This document shows, piece after piece, positions 16,173 through 27,811 of a stretch of 64,000 bases of DNA. The notes beneath the pieces are model-generated. The model saw nothing but the letters and a program-made list of their open reading frames with translations, had not been told where the DNA came from and made no database searches. Each line of letters starts with the position of its first letter. The first letter of the stretch is position 1. The position numbers and the translations under genes were made by a program. This DNA comes from Actinomycetota bacterium (GTDB lineage Bacteria > Actinomycetota > Acidimicrobiia > Actinomarinales > Actinomarinaceae), in assembly GCA_014239265.1 (NCBI GenBank), contig JAAZZH010000002.1, positions 49,554-113,553 of the forward strand, in the 5' to 3' direction.

Positions 16173-17995
16173 TGCAAGATAATCAAACCCTAGAAAGTCC
16201 ACCAGAAGTACAGTTTGCTGGAGTATCAAGATGGCTTAAAGAAAATTTATTTTCAAGCATAAGCTCCTCTATTCTGACTGTACTTTCTATCGCTGCTGTA
16301 GTGAGTGTATTTCGAGCGATAATTGGATTTTTCATCTCTCCAGAGAGAGAGTGGACTGCAGTTACATATAATTTACAATTATACATGGTGCAGGCGTATC
16401 CAGAATCAGACTTCATAAGGGTATGGATAACCGTTGGATTATTAATATTTTTATTAGGACTTAGTTGGGGGTTCAATTCTCTCAAAGAAAAAGTAATAAT
16501 AAAAGAATGGTGTGACGGACTACTAAAAGGGATAAGTAGCTTCCTGTTCATTGTTTTGATTGCACCAACTTCTGTAGATGTTGAGGGAACTACTGTAGAA
16601 GTCTTTAGCAACAATACTAGATATATTTGTCTTGCTGTAGGTATTGGTTTAATTCTTACCGTGTATTTATTAAGAAAAACCTATCCAAAAAACGAGGTTG
16701 TAAGAGATAGAATTAGCTTTTTATACCTATCTTTGCTTGTTGGTTCGATTTGGATCATAAAAGTTCCTACTGTAACCTTCACATCATCAAACGAAAGGGT
16801 AGATCCAGACCCATTCCTCCCATTAGCCAATACAACAACCATTCCTTGGACAATTATTTTTGGCTTTATGATTTTTGCATATCTCACAGGAAGCTTCTTA
16901 AAAACAAAAGGTAAAAATTCTATGAGTAGATTAATTCTTTCCTCATGGGTTCTCGCTCCTTTAGTAATAGTGTCTTGGATATATAGAAAACCAGATTTTG
17001 GAATGTCAAACATCCTAACACTAGATATACCTATTGCAGCGGCATTCTCAATACTGGGTATTCTTGCAATAAGGACATTAAGTAGTGAGAAAATAGTACC
17101 TTATCAAAGATACATCACTTATGGAATGTTGGTTTTATCGGTAGTGATGTTCTTTCTACCAGTACTAAGACAGTTAAAAATACTATTTTTCATCACATGG
17201 CTTTTAGTTTCCGTAGCTCCAACAATTGCTAATTCCAAAGAGTCGGCAAAAAATCTTTCAATTGTATGGAGCGTAACAGTCTTTATTCTCATATTGCTAA
17301 TGAGAGGAGCATCATCCGAATCGTTAATAGTAGTTCCTGGATCTTCAATCTATGGTGGATTTACACTAACGTGGTTAATTGCATTTTTCGGAATTGCTAT
17401 CTCTTTTCCTTTTGGAGTTATTCTAGCTCTAGGAAGAACCTCTAAACTTCCAGTTATAAGGATAATTTGTACTGCAGTAATTGAATTAGTAAGATCCGTT
17501 CCGTTCATTACATGGCTATTTTTCGGAAGCGTTATGCTCACACTCTTTCTACCTAAAGGAGTAGAGTTTGATGAAGTGTTAAGAGCAATAGTTGTTACTG
17601 CTATCTTTAGTTCAGCTTATTTAGCAGAAAATGTTAGAGGTGGACTACAGTCGATTAGTAATGGTCAATTTGAAGCAGCTGATGCTGTGGGATTGAGCAC
17701 GCTACAGAGAATAACATTAATAATTATGCCACAAGCATTAAGAGCTGTTATCCCCCCAATTGTCAGCCAGGTTATAAGTCTATTTAAAGATACAAGTTTG
17801 GTAGCTATTGTAGGATTATTTGACCTTCTATATATTGGATCAAAAGTTATTCCTAACCAATCACAAGGTGCTAACTTTTTAGGAACAATACAAGAAAACA
17901 TACTTTTTTGTGCAATATTTTACTGGATATTTACATACAGCTTCGCAAGAAGAAGCATGAAAATTGAGAAACGATTAGGATTAGGGGAGAGATAA
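16172..17995 (+). CDS. Amino-acid ABC transporter permease (AapM/BztC-like) with a long N-terminal membrane extension
   Basis: 607 aa. The conserved permease core ([43 protein letters not shown]) occupies only about the last 230 aa. TAATG overlap with the upstream permease. Confidence 0.8.
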   Translation: MQDNQTLESPPEVQFAGVSRWLKENLFSSISSSILTVLSIAAVVSVFRAIIGFFISPEREWTAVTYNLQLYMVQAYPESDFIRVWITVGLLIFLLGLSWGFNSLKEKVIIKEWCDGLLKGISSFLFIVLIAPTSVDVEGTTVEVFSNNTRYICLAVGIGLILTVYLLRKTYPKNEVVRDRISFLYLSLLVGSIWIIKVPTVTFTSSNERVDPDPFLPLANTTTIPWTIIFGFMIFAYLTGSFLKTKGKNSMSRLILSSWVLAPLVIVSWIYRKPDFGMSNILTLDIPIAAAFSILGILAIRTLSSEKIVPYQRYITYGMLVLSVVMFFLPVLRQLKILFFITWLLVSVAPTIANSKESAKNLSIVWSVTVFILILLMRGASSESLIVVPGSSIYGGFTLTWLIAFFGIAISFPFGVILALGRTSKLPVIRIICTAVIELVRSVPFITWLFFGSVMLTLFLPKGVEFDEVLRAIVVTAIFSSAYLAENVRGGLQSISNGQFEAADAVGLSTLQRITLIIMPQALRAVIPPIVSQVISLFKDTSLVAIVGLFDLLYIGSKVIPNQSQGANFLGTIQENILFCAIFYWIFTYSFARRSMKIEKRLGLGER

Positions 17996-17997
17996 AT

Positions 17998-18726
17998 ATG
18001 AGCATAATCAAATCAGTTGACGTTAAAAAATGGTACGGTGACTTTCAAGCGCTTAAGGGTATAAGCATGGACGTTGCTGAGGGAGAAGTTTTAGTTATTG
18101 CAGGACCTTCAGGCTCTGGTAAATCAACTTTCATAAGGTGTATAAACAGACTGGAACAGCATCAAGATGGCCAGATATTTGTTGACGGTATCGAGTTAAC
18201 TAATGACTTAAAAAACATAGAAGCTATTCGTTCAGAGGTAGGAATGGTATTTCAGAGTTTTAACTTATTCCCACACCTTACTGTTTTACAAAACATCACA
18301 CTTGCTCCTATTTGGGTAAGAAAAAAGAGCAAAACCGAAGCTGAAGAAAAAGCTATGGAATTACTTGAACGTGTAGGAATTCCAGAACAAGCAGATAAGT
18401 TTCCAGGACAACTTTCAGGTGGACAGCAACAACGAGTAGCAATAGCGAGAGCTTTAGCTATGGAACCAAAGATAATGTTATTTGATGAACCAACATCAGC
18501 TTTAGACCCTGAAATGATTAAAGAAGTATTAGATGTAATGAAAGAACTGGCCAAATCAGGTATGACAATGATTGTTGTCACCCATGAAATGGGTTTTGCA
18601 AAAGAGGTTGCAGATAGAGTAATGCTTTTTGATGATGGTCAACTTGTTGAAGAAAACACACCAGATGAGTTTTTCAACAATCCAAAGAGTGATAGAACAA
18701 AGCTATTCTTGAGCCAGATTCTTTAA
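17998..18726 (+). CDS. Amino-acid ABC transporter ATP-binding protein (GlnQ/AapP-like)
   Basis: Walker [13 protein letters not shown] signature [15 protein letters not shown], Walker [12 protein letters not shown]. Confidence 0.9.
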   Translation: MSIIKSVDVKKWYGDFQALKGISMDVAEGEVLVIAGPSGSGKSTFIRCINRLEQHQDGQIFVDGIELTNDLKNIEAIRSEVGMVFQSFNLFPHLTVLQNITLAPIWVRKKSKTEAEEKAMELLERVGIPEQADKFPGQLSGGQQQRVAIARALAMEPKIMLFDEPTSALDPEMIKEVLDVMKELAKSGMTMIVVTHEMGFAKEVADRVMLFDDGQLVEENTPDEFFNNPKSDRTKLFLSQIL

Positions 18727-19865
18727 AGCTCACTCCAAAGATTTTTCTCAGCTAAATCAATAATTGTTGCACCCATTGCGTATGCTCCATCATATATTGC
18801 TTTATGCCCTCCAGGGGTTAACGTAGCGGCTGCATACTCAGGTTGGTGATTAACAGCATCACCAGAATCTATTGAGAGCATTGGATGAATAGATGGCATC
18901 GCTAAAGATACATTTCCCATATCTGTAGACCCCAGACCTGGCCTAGCGGCCTCACTCTGCAGTATCATCTTTCTATCAACGGATAAAGAGTTTTCTTTAT
19001 AGAGTTCATACATTACTTTATTATTATCAATTTCCGTATACCTATAGTCTGGTGACTCTATCTTTACATCACATTTAGTGGACATTGCAGCTGCATTTAC
19101 AAAATTTTTAAAATCACTTTCAATTTTTAACAGATCATCTTCATTTAGTGCTCGGAGGTACCATTCTGAACTTGTGTATGAGGGAATTATATTCGGCTTA
19201 AAGCCACCGTTAGTAATAACTCCGTGCATTCTATTTGTGGATACCATTTGCTGTCTATAGGTTGATGCATTTACAAAAAGTTGGATTTGTGCATCTAAAG
19301 CATTAATACCTTGCTCAGGTGCTCCAGCAGCATGAGCATCTTTACCGAAAAATTCAACTTTGTATTGTTGGATTGTTGTAAAAGTTGGATTCACAACATT
19401 TTCAACTCCTGGGTGAATCATCATAGAACATACAGCATCTTCAAAATTTCCATTCTCCAAGAGTATAATTTTTCCACCGCCACCTTCCTCTGCAGGTGTA
19501 CCAAGTAACTTAACTCTGATACCCAACTCATCTGCAAGATCTTTAATAGCTAGGCCGGCACCAATTGATGCAGTTGCAATTACATTATGACCACATGCAT
19601 GGCCAATTTCAGGTAAAGCATCATATTCAACACACAGGACGACAAGTGGGCCTTCATTGCCGTAGGTAACTTCAAAAGCAGTATCAAGACCTCCAGTTGG
19701 ATAAGCAACCTTTCCATTGAAAGACTCAATAAAATTAACTAAATATTCTGATGTTTTAAACTCATTAAATCCCAGTTCTGGATTTTCGTACATCCAATCA
19801 CTAACTTCTGTAAGTTGCTTATGAATGGAATCTAGATTTGTTTTAAAAGTATTTTTTAATGTCAT
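18723..19865 (-). CDS. M20-family amidohydrolase/peptidase (AbgB-like)
   Basis: 380 aa. Metal-binding motif [15 protein letters not shown] and overall M20D-like layout. Its stop overlaps the convergent ABC ATPase stop by 4 nt. Confidence 0.75.
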   Translation of the reverse strand: MTLKNTFKTNLDSIHKQLTEVSDWMYENPELGFNEFKTSEYLVNFIESFNGKVAYPTGGLDTAFEVTYGNEGPLVVLCVEYDALPEIGHACGHNVIATASIGAGLAIKDLADELGIRVKLLGTPAEEGGGGKIILLENGNFEDAVCSMMIHPGVENVVNPTFTTIQQYKVEFFGKDAHAAGAPEQGINALDAQIQLFVNASTYRQQMVSTNRMHGVITNGGFKPNIIPSYTSSEWYLRALNEDDLLKIESDFKNFVNAAAMSTKCDVKIESPDYRYTEIDNNKVMYELYKENSLSVDRKMILQSEAARPGLGSTDMGNVSLAMPSIHPMLSIDSGDAVNHQPEYAAATLTPGGHKAIYDGAYAMGATIIDLAEKNLWSEL

Positions 19866-21148
19866 TCACTTAGTTTAGTAAATGAATCTAATTCGTACAC
19901 CGATAATATGTTCCAAATCAACCAGTCCATCTCTAAGTCTGAAGCAGCTTTAATATTATTTTTTATATCTTCATTACTATGCCAAAAACCCTGCAAGTAA
20001 GGTCTAACTTTATCCTTATTCACACCTCTTTCCAATGCATCTGTTAGAGCAGCTGTTATGACCTCATAGGGATACTTATTAGGGTTGTCGTAGCCAAAAG
20101 AACCGTTTGAATAGTGTGATGGGTAAACCATTGGAGATATAAAATCTACATTTTCAACAATAGTTTCTAGATTCTGACCAATTCCCCCGTCCTGTTTATT
20201 GGTCAGAATATAGCCAAAAGTATCTGCTGAAAGTAAACAACCCTCATTCTGAATAAGCTGTCTAGATTTTGAGAGAAATGCATTAATAATATTTACCCTA
20301 TTTTCAAAATCAGTTTTAGTATCAAACTGCATAAATTGACTATTTGAGTCGGGATATCTGATGTAATCATATTGAATTTCATCAAAACCAAGTCTGCAGG
20401 CTTCCACCGCAATATTTATAATATAATTTTGAACTTTTGTACTCGACGGATCTAAAAAGAATTGACCATTTTGTGAATACGGTTTATTTAATCTTGAGTC
20501 AAAGACTGCTTCATCTGGAAAAACTTTTGCAAATATAGGATCTTGAAACACAACCAACCGAGCAATTAAATAAAGGTCTTTAATATCTCTAAGTTTCTGT
20601 ATGTCATCTTTAGTGAATTTAACTCTTTCATTAGAGAGATCTAAAACCTCGTCTATATCAGTATCAAAAAGTATATGACCATTGTCAGTCTTCACATCAA
20701 TTACAAGTGTATTTATATCAGTAATAGTCAATATCTCATCTATGCTTGCTCTTTTAGTCGGATTGTTGAACAAATATCCATTTAGGTAGATCCCCCTAAT
20801 CTGATTATGCTCCTCTTTAAATTTATTAAATCTTCTAGCTGCATATATTGCTGAATTTTTTAATGCTATTTCACTCAGTTGAATCTCTATGTCATTTACA
20901 AGAATTTCACTATACGTATCTAGATTTTTCGAAAATGAGGGCATGTTGTAATTTTCTACCAGCAACCTAATTTTATTTATTCGATCCTCTTGAGATGGAA
21001 TATAGATGGTTGTCCCTGGAGTCTTTACTTGAGGTATCATTATTTCGTAACTTTGAAACTCTTCGCTCATCTTTTGAGGGTATAAAAAAATAAGCAAAAA
21101 AGATGTTGATACGGTAAGCAGCAACATGTTTAATAAAACTTTCTTCAT
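19862..21148 (-). CDS. Secreted/membrane-anchored putative glycoside-hydrolase-like protein (DUF4015-like)
   Basis: 428 aa. N-terminal hydrophobic signal/anchor, TIM-barrel-like region (IRGIYLNGY...LVIDVKTDNGHILFDT...YDYIRYPD). Family call is from memory. 4-nt overlap with the M20 gene. Confidence 0.45.
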   Translation of the reverse strand: MKKVLLNMLLLTVSTSFLLIFLYPQKMSEEFQSYEIMIPQVKTPGTTIYIPSQEDRINKIRLLVENYNMPSFSKNLDTYSEILVNDIEIQLSEIALKNSAIYAARRFNKFKEEHNQIRGIYLNGYLFNNPTKRASIDEILTITDINTLVIDVKTDNGHILFDTDIDEVLDLSNERVKFTKDDIQKLRDIKDLYLIARLVVFQDPIFAKVFPDEAVFDSRLNKPYSQNGQFFLDPSSTKVQNYIINIAVEACRLGFDEIQYDYIRYPDSNSQFMQFDTKTDFENRVNIINAFLSKSRQLIQNEGCLLSADTFGYILTNKQDGGIGQNLETIVENVDFISPMVYPSHYSNGSFGYDNPNKYPYEVITAALTDALERGVNKDKVRPYLQGFWHSNEDIKNNIKAASDLEMDWLIWNILSVYELDSFTKLSE

Positions 21149-21210
21149 GTAATCAATTTTATTAGAGCAGTTTCTAATTAAAAGCTTTTAAATTAGTTTT
21201 ATAATGCTTT

Positions 21211-21960
21211 ATGCCTAAAAATTTATATCAAAAAGCAGAAAAGTTTTTTGAAGTTCCCGTAATGATTTCTGTTTTAATGCTGATACCTGTTTTGGTAATT
21301 GAGTATACACAACAGTCATTAGAGCCAGTAGCTTTATATTTAAACTGGGGAATATGGTCAGTTTTTTTAGCCGAGTATGCAGTCTTATTCTACTTTTCTG
21401 AAAACAAGATAGAGTTCATAAAATCTCACAAAATAGAGTTAGTTATTGTAATTTTTTCATTTCCAATTGTTCCAGAGGGCTTAGAGTCTTCTGGATTTTT
21501 AAGATTTGCAAGACTTCCGAGACTCTTAAACGGATTAAGATTTTTTAGATTGGCAGCTTTATTAAATCGATTTGCTTCGACCGTAAAAGCTATATTTGAC
21601 TCAAAAGGATTAAGATTTATCGTTTACGCAACCATAGGTATTGTCTTATTCTTTGGATTTCTTTTTTACATATCAGAACCAGATGTGCAGACTTACAGTG
21701 ATGGCTTGTGGTGGGCTCTCGTAACCATTACTACAGTTGGTTATGGAGATATTACTCCACTTACAAATCTTGGTCGTATTATTGCAAGTGCTTTAATGAT
21801 TATGGGCATAGGGTTTATTGCTACAATTACCGCAGCAGTATCTTCTTATTTTATTTCAAGTTTCGGAGATAGGGATATAACCATGAATGATTTAGCAAAA
21901 AAACTAGATAAACTAGAGATAGAAATTCAAAACTTAAAAAAGGAAAATAATGGCAAATGA
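21211..21960 (+). CDS. Voltage-gated-type potassium channel (compact 6TM-like)
   Basis: Selectivity filter TTVGYGD. S4-like arginine ladder FLRFARLPRLLNGLRFFRLAALLNRF. C-terminal coiled-coil-like tail. Confidence 0.8.
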   Translation: MPKNLYQKAEKFFEVPVMISVLMLIPVLVIEYTQQSLEPVALYLNWGIWSVFLAEYAVLFYFSENKIEFIKSHKIELVIVIFSFPIVPEGLESSGFLRFARLPRLLNGLRFFRLAALLNRFASTVKAIFDSKGLRFIVYATIGIVLFFGFLFYISEPDVQTYSDGLWWALVTITTVGYGDITPLTNLGRIIASALMIMGIGFIATITAAVSSYFISSFGDRDITMNDLAKKLDKLEIEIQNLKKENNGK

Positions 21961-23641
21961 ACAGTTAGTAAAGTTATCAAATGATTTTTTTCAACACTCC
22001 TTAGACTCTTCACCTACTTCGGCAATAATGCGAGGTCACAAAAGCTATTTTGATAAAATTGAAGAACTCACGGAAGAAAAGTTTGATCAAGAAACACAAT
22101 CAGTAAAAGAAGCAATATCTAGATTAAATGAGATTGATTTTGGCTCTCTTACTAATAGAGAAAAAGTCACCCATGGAATGCTTGAGTTTGCACTTAGTTC
22201 ACAAAAAGATTCCTTATTAGATAGGAGTTGGGAATTTTCAGCTGGTGTTGCAGGTTTTACTGGCTTTTTAATTGATTACAATCAGCAAATATTTGTTCCA
22301 GACTTGGAGTCGGCAGATTTACTTTTAAAAAGATTAGAACTTTACAAACGATTATTTAGTCAAATATCGAGTGTTCAGAAACTAGGATTGGAAAACAATA
22401 GGGTGGCTACCGAGAGGAATCTTTTAAGAACCATTGACCAACTAGAAAACTACTTAGATACAAATCTTGAAGCTGATCCATTACTTTTAGTTAATTTCGC
22501 ACCAGCGATTTCTGAATCTGAAATTTCTAATTGGAAAGATAAAGCAATGGGAATTATTGAAACTCACATTAGACCGAGTGTTTTATCATACTTAGAACTT
22601 CTAAGAACGGAACATCTTCCTAGTGGTAGGTCTGATGATAAACCAGGAATTATGTGGATCGAAGGAGGGGAAGATTCTTACTTAAGAAGTCTGAGAAAAT
22701 TTACAGGTCATAAAAATACAACCGTAAAAGAAGTGCATGAAATTGGTATGTCAGAAATTGAAAGATTGAAAAAAGAGTTTTTTGAAATAGGAAAAGATGT
22801 CTTTGATGAAGTCAATACACCTGAAGATGTAATTCATAAAATGCAAACGGACCCATCTATGAGGTACGAAAGTAAGGAACAAATGTTACAACTAGCCGTT
22901 GACACTATAGAGAGAGCATATAAACCTCTAGGAGAATGGTTTACTGTATTTCCAAAGTCTCCCTGCAAAGTTCTTCCAGTACCTTCTGCGGCTGAACAGC
23001 ATGCACCACCTGCTTATTACTATCCACCATTACCTGATGGGTCTAGAGATGGAACTTACTTTTTAAATACTTACAAAGCTGAAACGAAAAGTATTTTTGA
23101 AGCTGAATCTGTTGCTTTCCATGAAGCAATACCTGGACATCATCTAGATAGGACTATTGCTGTAGAGTTACAAGATGTTCCAGATTTTCAAAGATATGTT
23201 GCTTCAACCGCTTTTGTTGAAGGCTGGGGATTATATTCAGAACAACTAGCTAATGAAATGGGTCTTTACTCCAATGACGTACAACAACTTGGAAGACTTG
23301 GTAATGACGCATGGAGGGCGTGTCGTTTAGTACTAGACACAGGTATGCATGGTATGGGCTGGTCCAGAGATAAGGCTGTAGAATTTTTTAGAGCGAACTC
23401 ACCAATAGAAGAGCTAAATGCAAATGTTGAAACTGATAGGTATATTGCCTGGCCAGGACAAGCTTGCTCCTACAAGATGGGTCAACTAAAAATAGAAGAA
23501 CAAAGAAGAAAAGCTGAAAACGCCCTTGGTGAAAAATTTGATATTAGATACTTTCATGATGAAGTCTTATGCGATGGGGGAATAACACTTCCCATTTTAG
23601 AAAATAAGATTGATGCATTTATTGCAAAGCATAAAAGCTAA
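21950..23641 (+). CDS. DUF885-family protein (metallopeptidase-like)
   Basis: 563 aa with the HEAIPGHH motif characteristic of DUF885. Overlaps the channel gene by 11 nt. Confidence 0.65.
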   Translation: MANEQLVKLSNDFFQHSLDSSPTSAIMRGHKSYFDKIEELTEEKFDQETQSVKEAISRLNEIDFGSLTNREKVTHGMLEFALSSQKDSLLDRSWEFSAGVAGFTGFLIDYNQQIFVPDLESADLLLKRLELYKRLFSQISSVQKLGLENNRVATERNLLRTIDQLENYLDTNLEADPLLLVNFAPAISESEISNWKDKAMGIIETHIRPSVLSYLELLRTEHLPSGRSDDKPGIMWIEGGEDSYLRSLRKFTGHKNTTVKEVHEIGMSEIERLKKEFFEIGKDVFDEVNTPEDVIHKMQTDPSMRYESKEQMLQLAVDTIERAYKPLGEWFTVFPKSPCKVLPVPSAAEQHAPPAYYYPPLPDGSRDGTYFLNTYKAETKSIFEAESVAFHEAIPGHHLDRTIAVELQDVPDFQRYVASTAFVEGWGLYSEQLANEMGLYSNDVQQLGRLGNDAWRACRLVLDTGMHGMGWSRDKAVEFFRANSPIEELNANVETDRYIAWPGQACSYKMGQLKIEEQRRKAENALGEKFDIRYFHDEVLCDGGITLPILENKIDAFIAKHKS

Positions 23642-23739
23642 ACAAAAAGATAAGCAAGTTTTCTCCAGAACCAATTAATCGAACAAAACTAAATTTTTGT
23701 AAAAATGAAATAATATTTCCCGTATCCATAAAATTTACT

Positions 23740-24129
23740 TTATGGGGTTCTTCTAATTGTTTTCTCAGTTTTTTTTACTATTTCATTTTTGTAGCTTTGA
23801 TGAATTTCTTTCTCTTTGGTTTTAGAATCAATTTTTTGGTTTGAAATTTCATTTTCTAAAGAAATAATCTTATTCTGAAGTTCTTCAATTTTATCTCTCA
23901 TCTCATAAATTATTTTTATTCCGTCTAAATTGATTCCTCTTTGAGATAAATCCTGAATTTGAATTAGTTTATCTATATCACCTTGAGAGTATCTTCTAGT
24001 TCCTCCACCAGTTCTATAAGGTTTGATAAGCCCTTTTTCTTCATAACTTCTTATAGTTTGCTGGTGTATGCCCGAAAGCGTAGAAGCTACTGATATAAAA
24101 TAAATCGCAGTAGAACTTTCTCTATTCAT
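23740..24129 (-). CDS. hspR: Heat-shock transcriptional repressor HspR (MerR family)
   Basis: MerR-type HTH (ISVASTLSGIHQQTIRSYEEKGLIKPYRTGGGTRRYS) and last position in a dnaK-grpE-dnaJ operon. I prefer ATG 24129 (8-nt overlap with dnaJ) over the upstream TTG at 24162 used by the ORF track. Confidence 0.8.
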   Translation of the reverse strand: MNRESSTAIYFISVASTLSGIHQQTIRSYEEKGLIKPYRTGGGTRRYSQGDIDKLIQIQDLSQRGINLDGIKIIYEMRDKIEELQNKIISLENEISNQKIDSKTKEKEIHQSYKNEIVKKTEKTIRRTP

Positions 24130-25201
24130 ATAAATAATCTCTAGGAGTGTCTCCAGATTCAAATTGGTCTCTAAAGCTTTCCAAGTGTTTTTTAGCTGAT
24201 CTTGAAAGATTTTGTGGGGGATTTAAATAAACTTTTACATACAAATCTCCTGATCTCCTTCCTTGAGGAGTAATTCCTTCACCCTTAATTTTAAAAGTTT
24301 TACCACTGGGTGTTCCAGAAGGAATTTTAAGTGATATTTGTTTTTCTAAGGTTGGAATTTTAATTGTTGCACCTAATGCTGCTTCTGTAAATAGAAGTGG
24401 GACTTCTAACACTAAGTCACTACCACTTCTTTTAAAATATTTATGTGGCTCAACAGCTATTTGTACAAGCAAGTCCCCATCTGGAGCACCATTGTCACCT
24501 GTACCGCCATACCCACGAAGTCTGATAACTGTTCCATTATCTACACCGGCAGGAATCTTTACTTTGATTGTTTCACTCTTGATTACAACCCCTTGTGCTT
24601 TACAAGTTTTACACTGCTTGTCTATAACACTTCCCTGACCTCTACATGCTTGACATGGCTGTGCAAAGGAGAAAAAACCCTGATTTGAAGCTGTTTGACC
24701 CGAACCTCCACAAATATTACATGTATGATATGCAGTTCCATTTTCTGAACCATTCCCCCTGCAGTCTGAACAGGCAACCTCTTTCCTTAGTGGAACATTT
24801 GTTTCTAAACCAGATGCAGATTCTACAAATGAGATAGTTAAATTAGTTTGATAACTCTGGCCTTTCCTTCTTCCAGCTCCACCAAAACCAAAAATATCCC
24901 CTAAATTACCAAATATATCTCCAAGATCTTCGGCGTTGAATCCACCACCTTGACCGCTAAAAGCTGATGGCCCCATAGCCCGTACTTGATCATATTCCTG
25001 TCGCTTTTGCTCATCAGTAAGGATAGAACTAGCTTCGGATATATCTTTAAATTTTTTCTCAGCTTCTGGATCACCTGGATTAAGGTCTGGATGATTTTCC
25101 CTAGCTAACTTTTTGTAGTTTTTCTTTATTTCATCTATTGATGCATTCTGAGAGACACCAAGGACTTTATAAAAATCTTTTTCTAACCAGTCTCTATTCA
25201 C
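24122..25201 (-). CDS. dnaJ: Chaperone DnaJ
   Basis: J-domain with HPD (ENHPDLNP), G/F-rich region, four CxxCxGxG zinc-finger repeats (CSDCRGNG, CNICGGSG, CQACRGQG, CKTCKAQG). Confidence 0.95.
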   Translation of the reverse strand: MNRDWLEKDFYKVLGVSQNASIDEIKKNYKKLARENHPDLNPGDPEAEKKFKDISEASSILTDEQKRQEYDQVRAMGPSAFSGQGGGFNAEDLGDIFGNLGDIFGFGGAGRRKGQSYQTNLTISFVESASGLETNVPLRKEVACSDCRGNGSENGTAYHTCNICGGSGQTASNQGFFSFAQPCQACRGQGSVIDKQCKTCKAQGVVIKSETIKVKIPAGVDNGTVIRLRGYGGTGDNGAPDGDLLVQIAVEPHKYFKRSGSDLVLEVPLLFTEAALGATIKIPTLEKQISLKIPSGTPSGKTFKIKGEGITPQGRRSGDLYVKVYLNPPQNLSRSAKKHLESFRDQFESGDTPRDYLYE

Positions 25202-25727
25202 TGTGGACTTTTACCATTGCCGGTCGTAGTAGTCGACCATCTATTTCATAACCTTTTCTGAGGACCTCACCAACTAATTCTATATCACCTTCACCTGATT
25301 GCTCAACAGCTTCATGATAGGAGGGGTCAAAAGGTTCTCCAGTGCCAGGCACTTCTTTTACATTGAATGTATCAAGAAAAACTTGAGTCATTTTATAAAG
25401 AGCCTCTATTTCTTTCGGGGTACCATCTTGATTCATTGCAATCTCAAAATTATCTATTAGAGGAAGTAGTGTAGATATAATCATTGAAAGAGAAGATACC
25501 ATACTCATACTCTTTTCTTTTTCAGCTCTTTTTTTAAAATTTTCAAAATCTGCTGCAAGTCTTAAGTAATCATCTTTAATTTTTTCATATTGCTCTAAAG
25601 GAACCGAATGAACTTCCTCATCATTGATAGTCTCTTCTGAAACCTCTTCTTCTGAAACCTCTTCTTCTGAAACCTCTTCTTCTGAAACCTCTATATCTTC
25701 AGGATCAAGGGTTTCACCACTATTCAT
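25194..25727 (-). CDS. grpE: Nucleotide exchange factor GrpE
   Basis: 177 aa. GrpE core ([12 protein letters not shown] ... [16 protein letters not shown]) with an acidic repeat-containing N-terminus. Overlaps dnaJ and dnaK by 8 nt each. Confidence 0.9.
   Translation of the reverse strand: MNSGETLDPEDIEVSEEEVSEEEVSEEEVSEETINDEEVHSVPLEQYEKIKDDYLRLAADFENFKKRAEKEKSMSMVSSLSMIISTLLPLIDNFEIAMNQDGTPKEIEALYKMTQVFLDTFNVKEVPGTGEPFDPSYHEAVEQSGEGDIELVGEVLRKGYEIDGRLLRPAMVKVHSE
25632..25692. repeat. In-frame 15-nt tandem repeat (three perfect units plus partial flanks) in the grpE 5' region
   Basis: Unit CTCTTCTTCTGAAAC repeats perfectly at 25644-25658, 25659-25673 and 25674-25688. Encodes (EEVSE)n. Confidence 0.9.
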
Positions 25728-27537
25728 CTTCTTCTACAACTTCGCCGTCAACAACATCTTCATTTTCTGTGTCTTCAGAAGATGTATTTTCTGTATCTTG
25801 TTGTGCCTCAGCATAGAGCTTCTCAGCGAATGATTGACTTGATTTTGTTAGTTCCTCAATAGAATTTTTGATTTCATCAAGAGTAGCTTCTTCATTTTCA
25901 AGCACCTTAGAAAGAGCGTCCTTGCCATCAGTCATAGCTGTAATCTCTTCTTCAGTAGCTTTATCTTTATTTTCCTCAAGCATTTTTTCAGTAGAAGTAA
26001 CCATACCTTCAGCTAAGTTCCTAGTTTCAATAAGTTCTTTTTTCTGAGCATCTTCATTTGCATGAGTCTCAGCATCCTTAATCATTCTTTCTATTTCATC
26101 ATCCTCAAGTGCAGTTCCACCAGTGATGGTAATATTCTGCTCTTTACCAGTACCAAGATCTTTTGCATTCACATTAACAATTCCATTTGCATCAATATCG
26201 AATGTAACCTCAATTTGAGGGGTACCCTGCTTAGCAGATGGTATTTCAGTTAGTTTAAATTTACCTAGTGATTTATTACCCGAAGCCATTTCTCTTTCTC
26301 CTTGAAGAACATGGATTTCAACTTCTGTTTGACCATCTTCAGCAGTAGTAAATGTTTCAGATCTCTTAGTAGGAATTGTTGTGTTTCTTTCAATCATCTT
26401 TGCAACAATTCCACCTTTAGTCTCAACTCCTAGGGTCAATGGTGTAACATCAAGGAGTAATACATCTTTAACATCACCTTTTAATACACCTGCTTGAATA
26501 GCTGCTCCAGATGCAACTACTTCATCAGGATTGACTCCTTTGTGGGGATCTTTTCCAGTCATGGCTTTAACTAGAGCTTGGATAGATGGAATTCTTGTTG
26601 ATCCACCAACTAAAATTATATGATCAATATCTGAGAATGATAGACCTGCATCATCAATAGCCTTATTTACTGGTTCTTTTGTTCTATCTACTAAATCAGA
26701 AGTAATTTTTTCAAATTCACTTCTAGATAATTTTTCTAGTAAATGTTGTGGACCAGCATCATTAGCAGTAATAAAGGGTAAATTAATTTCTGTTTCGCTT
26801 GTTGAGGAAAGTTCAATTTTTGCTTTCTCTGCACCTTCTTTTATTCTTTGCATTGCCATCTTGTCACTTGAAATATCAATACCGGTTGATGATTTAAACT
26901 TTTCAACCAACCAATCCATTACTTTTTGGTCCCAATCATCACCACCAAGTTTAGAATCACCGGCTGTTGATTTCACCTCAAAGACACCTTCTGAAATTTC
27001 TAATACTGAAACGTCAAATGTTCCACCACCTAAGTCATAGACTAATATTTTTTGGTCTTCGCTATTTTCTAAACCATAAGCTAAAGACGCAGCAGTAGGT
27101 TCATTGATAATTCTTAATACATTTAGGCCTGCTATTTTCCCTGCCTCTTTTGTAGCCTGACGTTCAGCATCGTTAAAATATGCTGGAACAGTAATTACAG
27201 CTTCTGTCACATCTTCACCAAGGTAGGCTTCTGCATCTCTCTTTAATTTTTGTAAAATTCTTGCTGATATTTCTTGAGGTGTGTATTCACTTCCTTCAAA
27301 TTCTTGCTTCCAAGAGGTGCCTATCTCTCTCTTAATCGACCTTATTGTGTTATCAGGATTTGTTATTGCCTGCCTTTTAGCAAGTTCCCCAACAAGAACC
27401 TCTTCACCTTTAAATGCAACAATTGAAGGTGTAGTTCTATTTCCTTCTGCGTTTGCTACTACGGCGGGTTCGCCACCTTCTAATACTGCAACAACACTGT
27501 TTGTTGTTCCTAAATCAATTCCTACTGCTTTTCCCAT
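25720..27537 (-). CDS. dnaK: Chaperone DnaK (Hsp70)
   Basis: 605 aa. [17 protein letters not shown] and other canonical Hsp70 motifs. Confidence 0.97.
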   Translation of the reverse strand: MGKAVGIDLGTTNSVVAVLEGGEPAVVANAEGNRTTPSIVAFKGEEVLVGELAKRQAITNPDNTIRSIKREIGTSWKQEFEGSEYTPQEISARILQKLKRDAEAYLGEDVTEAVITVPAYFNDAERQATKEAGKIAGLNVLRIINEPTAASLAYGLENSEDQKILVYDLGGGTFDVSVLEISEGVFEVKSTAGDSKLGGDDWDQKVMDWLVEKFKSSTGIDISSDKMAMQRIKEGAEKAKIELSSTSETEINLPFITANDAGPQHLLEKLSRSEFEKITSDLVDRTKEPVNKAIDDAGLSFSDIDHIILVGGSTRIPSIQALVKAMTGKDPHKGVNPDEVVASGAAIQAGVLKGDVKDVLLLDVTPLTLGVETKGGIVAKMIERNTTIPTKRSETFTTAEDGQTEVEIHVLQGEREMASGNKSLGKFKLTEIPSAKQGTPQIEVTFDIDANGIVNVNAKDLGTGKEQNITITGGTALEDDEIERMIKDAETHANEDAQKKELIETRNLAEGMVTSTEKMLEENKDKATEEEITAMTDGKDALSKVLENEEATLDEIKNSIEELTKSSQSFAEKLYAEAQQDTENTSSEDTENEDVVDGEVVEEDE

Positions 27538-27571
27538 TTTTAATTTCCTTTCTAAAAAATTTCTGTTTTGG

Positions 27572-27775
27572 TTAAATTTTTGGTTCTTGTTCTCTTGACA
27601 AATGTCCTCTAACCCTTGGATAGGAGACTGGAGAATGCAAGAAGCAATACTTTTTCTTGTTATAGATACTTATTTGAGTTTCACAAGATGAAAACTCACA
27701 AACACGACCAGATGTATATTTTTTTGATCGCCTAACTCCAGGTTTTACTGAAGAAGCTGTTAATGTACCACTCAT
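27572..27775 (-). CDS. Small basic Cys3-His protein (C-x4-C-x12-C-x2-H), first ORF of the dnaK operon; paralog of 4018..4212
   Basis: 67 aa, AAGGA Shine-Dalgarno. 34 nt upstream of dnaK on the same strand. Shares the GRVC..SC.T..SIYNK...CF.H.PV.YPRVRG core with the copper-locus paralog. Confidence 0.7.
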   Translation of the reverse strand: MSGTLTASSVKPGVRRSKKYTSGRVCEFSSCETQISIYNKKKYCFLHSPVSYPRVRGHLSREQEPKI

Positions 27776-27811
27776 TATTATCCTTTCTTATCTATGTTAT
27801 ATTATACATAT

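Noticed and set aside
23642-23739. Searched the remaining intergenic gaps (23642-23739, 32417-32477, 38543-38598, 45378-45440, 47834-47888) for tRNA-Sec, other small RNAs or further UGA-interrupted ORFs.
   Set aside because: No cloverleaf-compatible sequence, no conserved-looking structure and no ORF continuing through an in-frame TGA was found by eye. A covariance-model scan would be needed for certainty.
25632-25692. Tandem repeats at 25632..25692 and 50838..50911 as possible CRISPR or minisatellite elements.
   Set aside because: The units are contiguous with no spacers, in frame, and lie inside grpE and a membrane-protein gene. They are coding tandem repeats, not CRISPR arrays.
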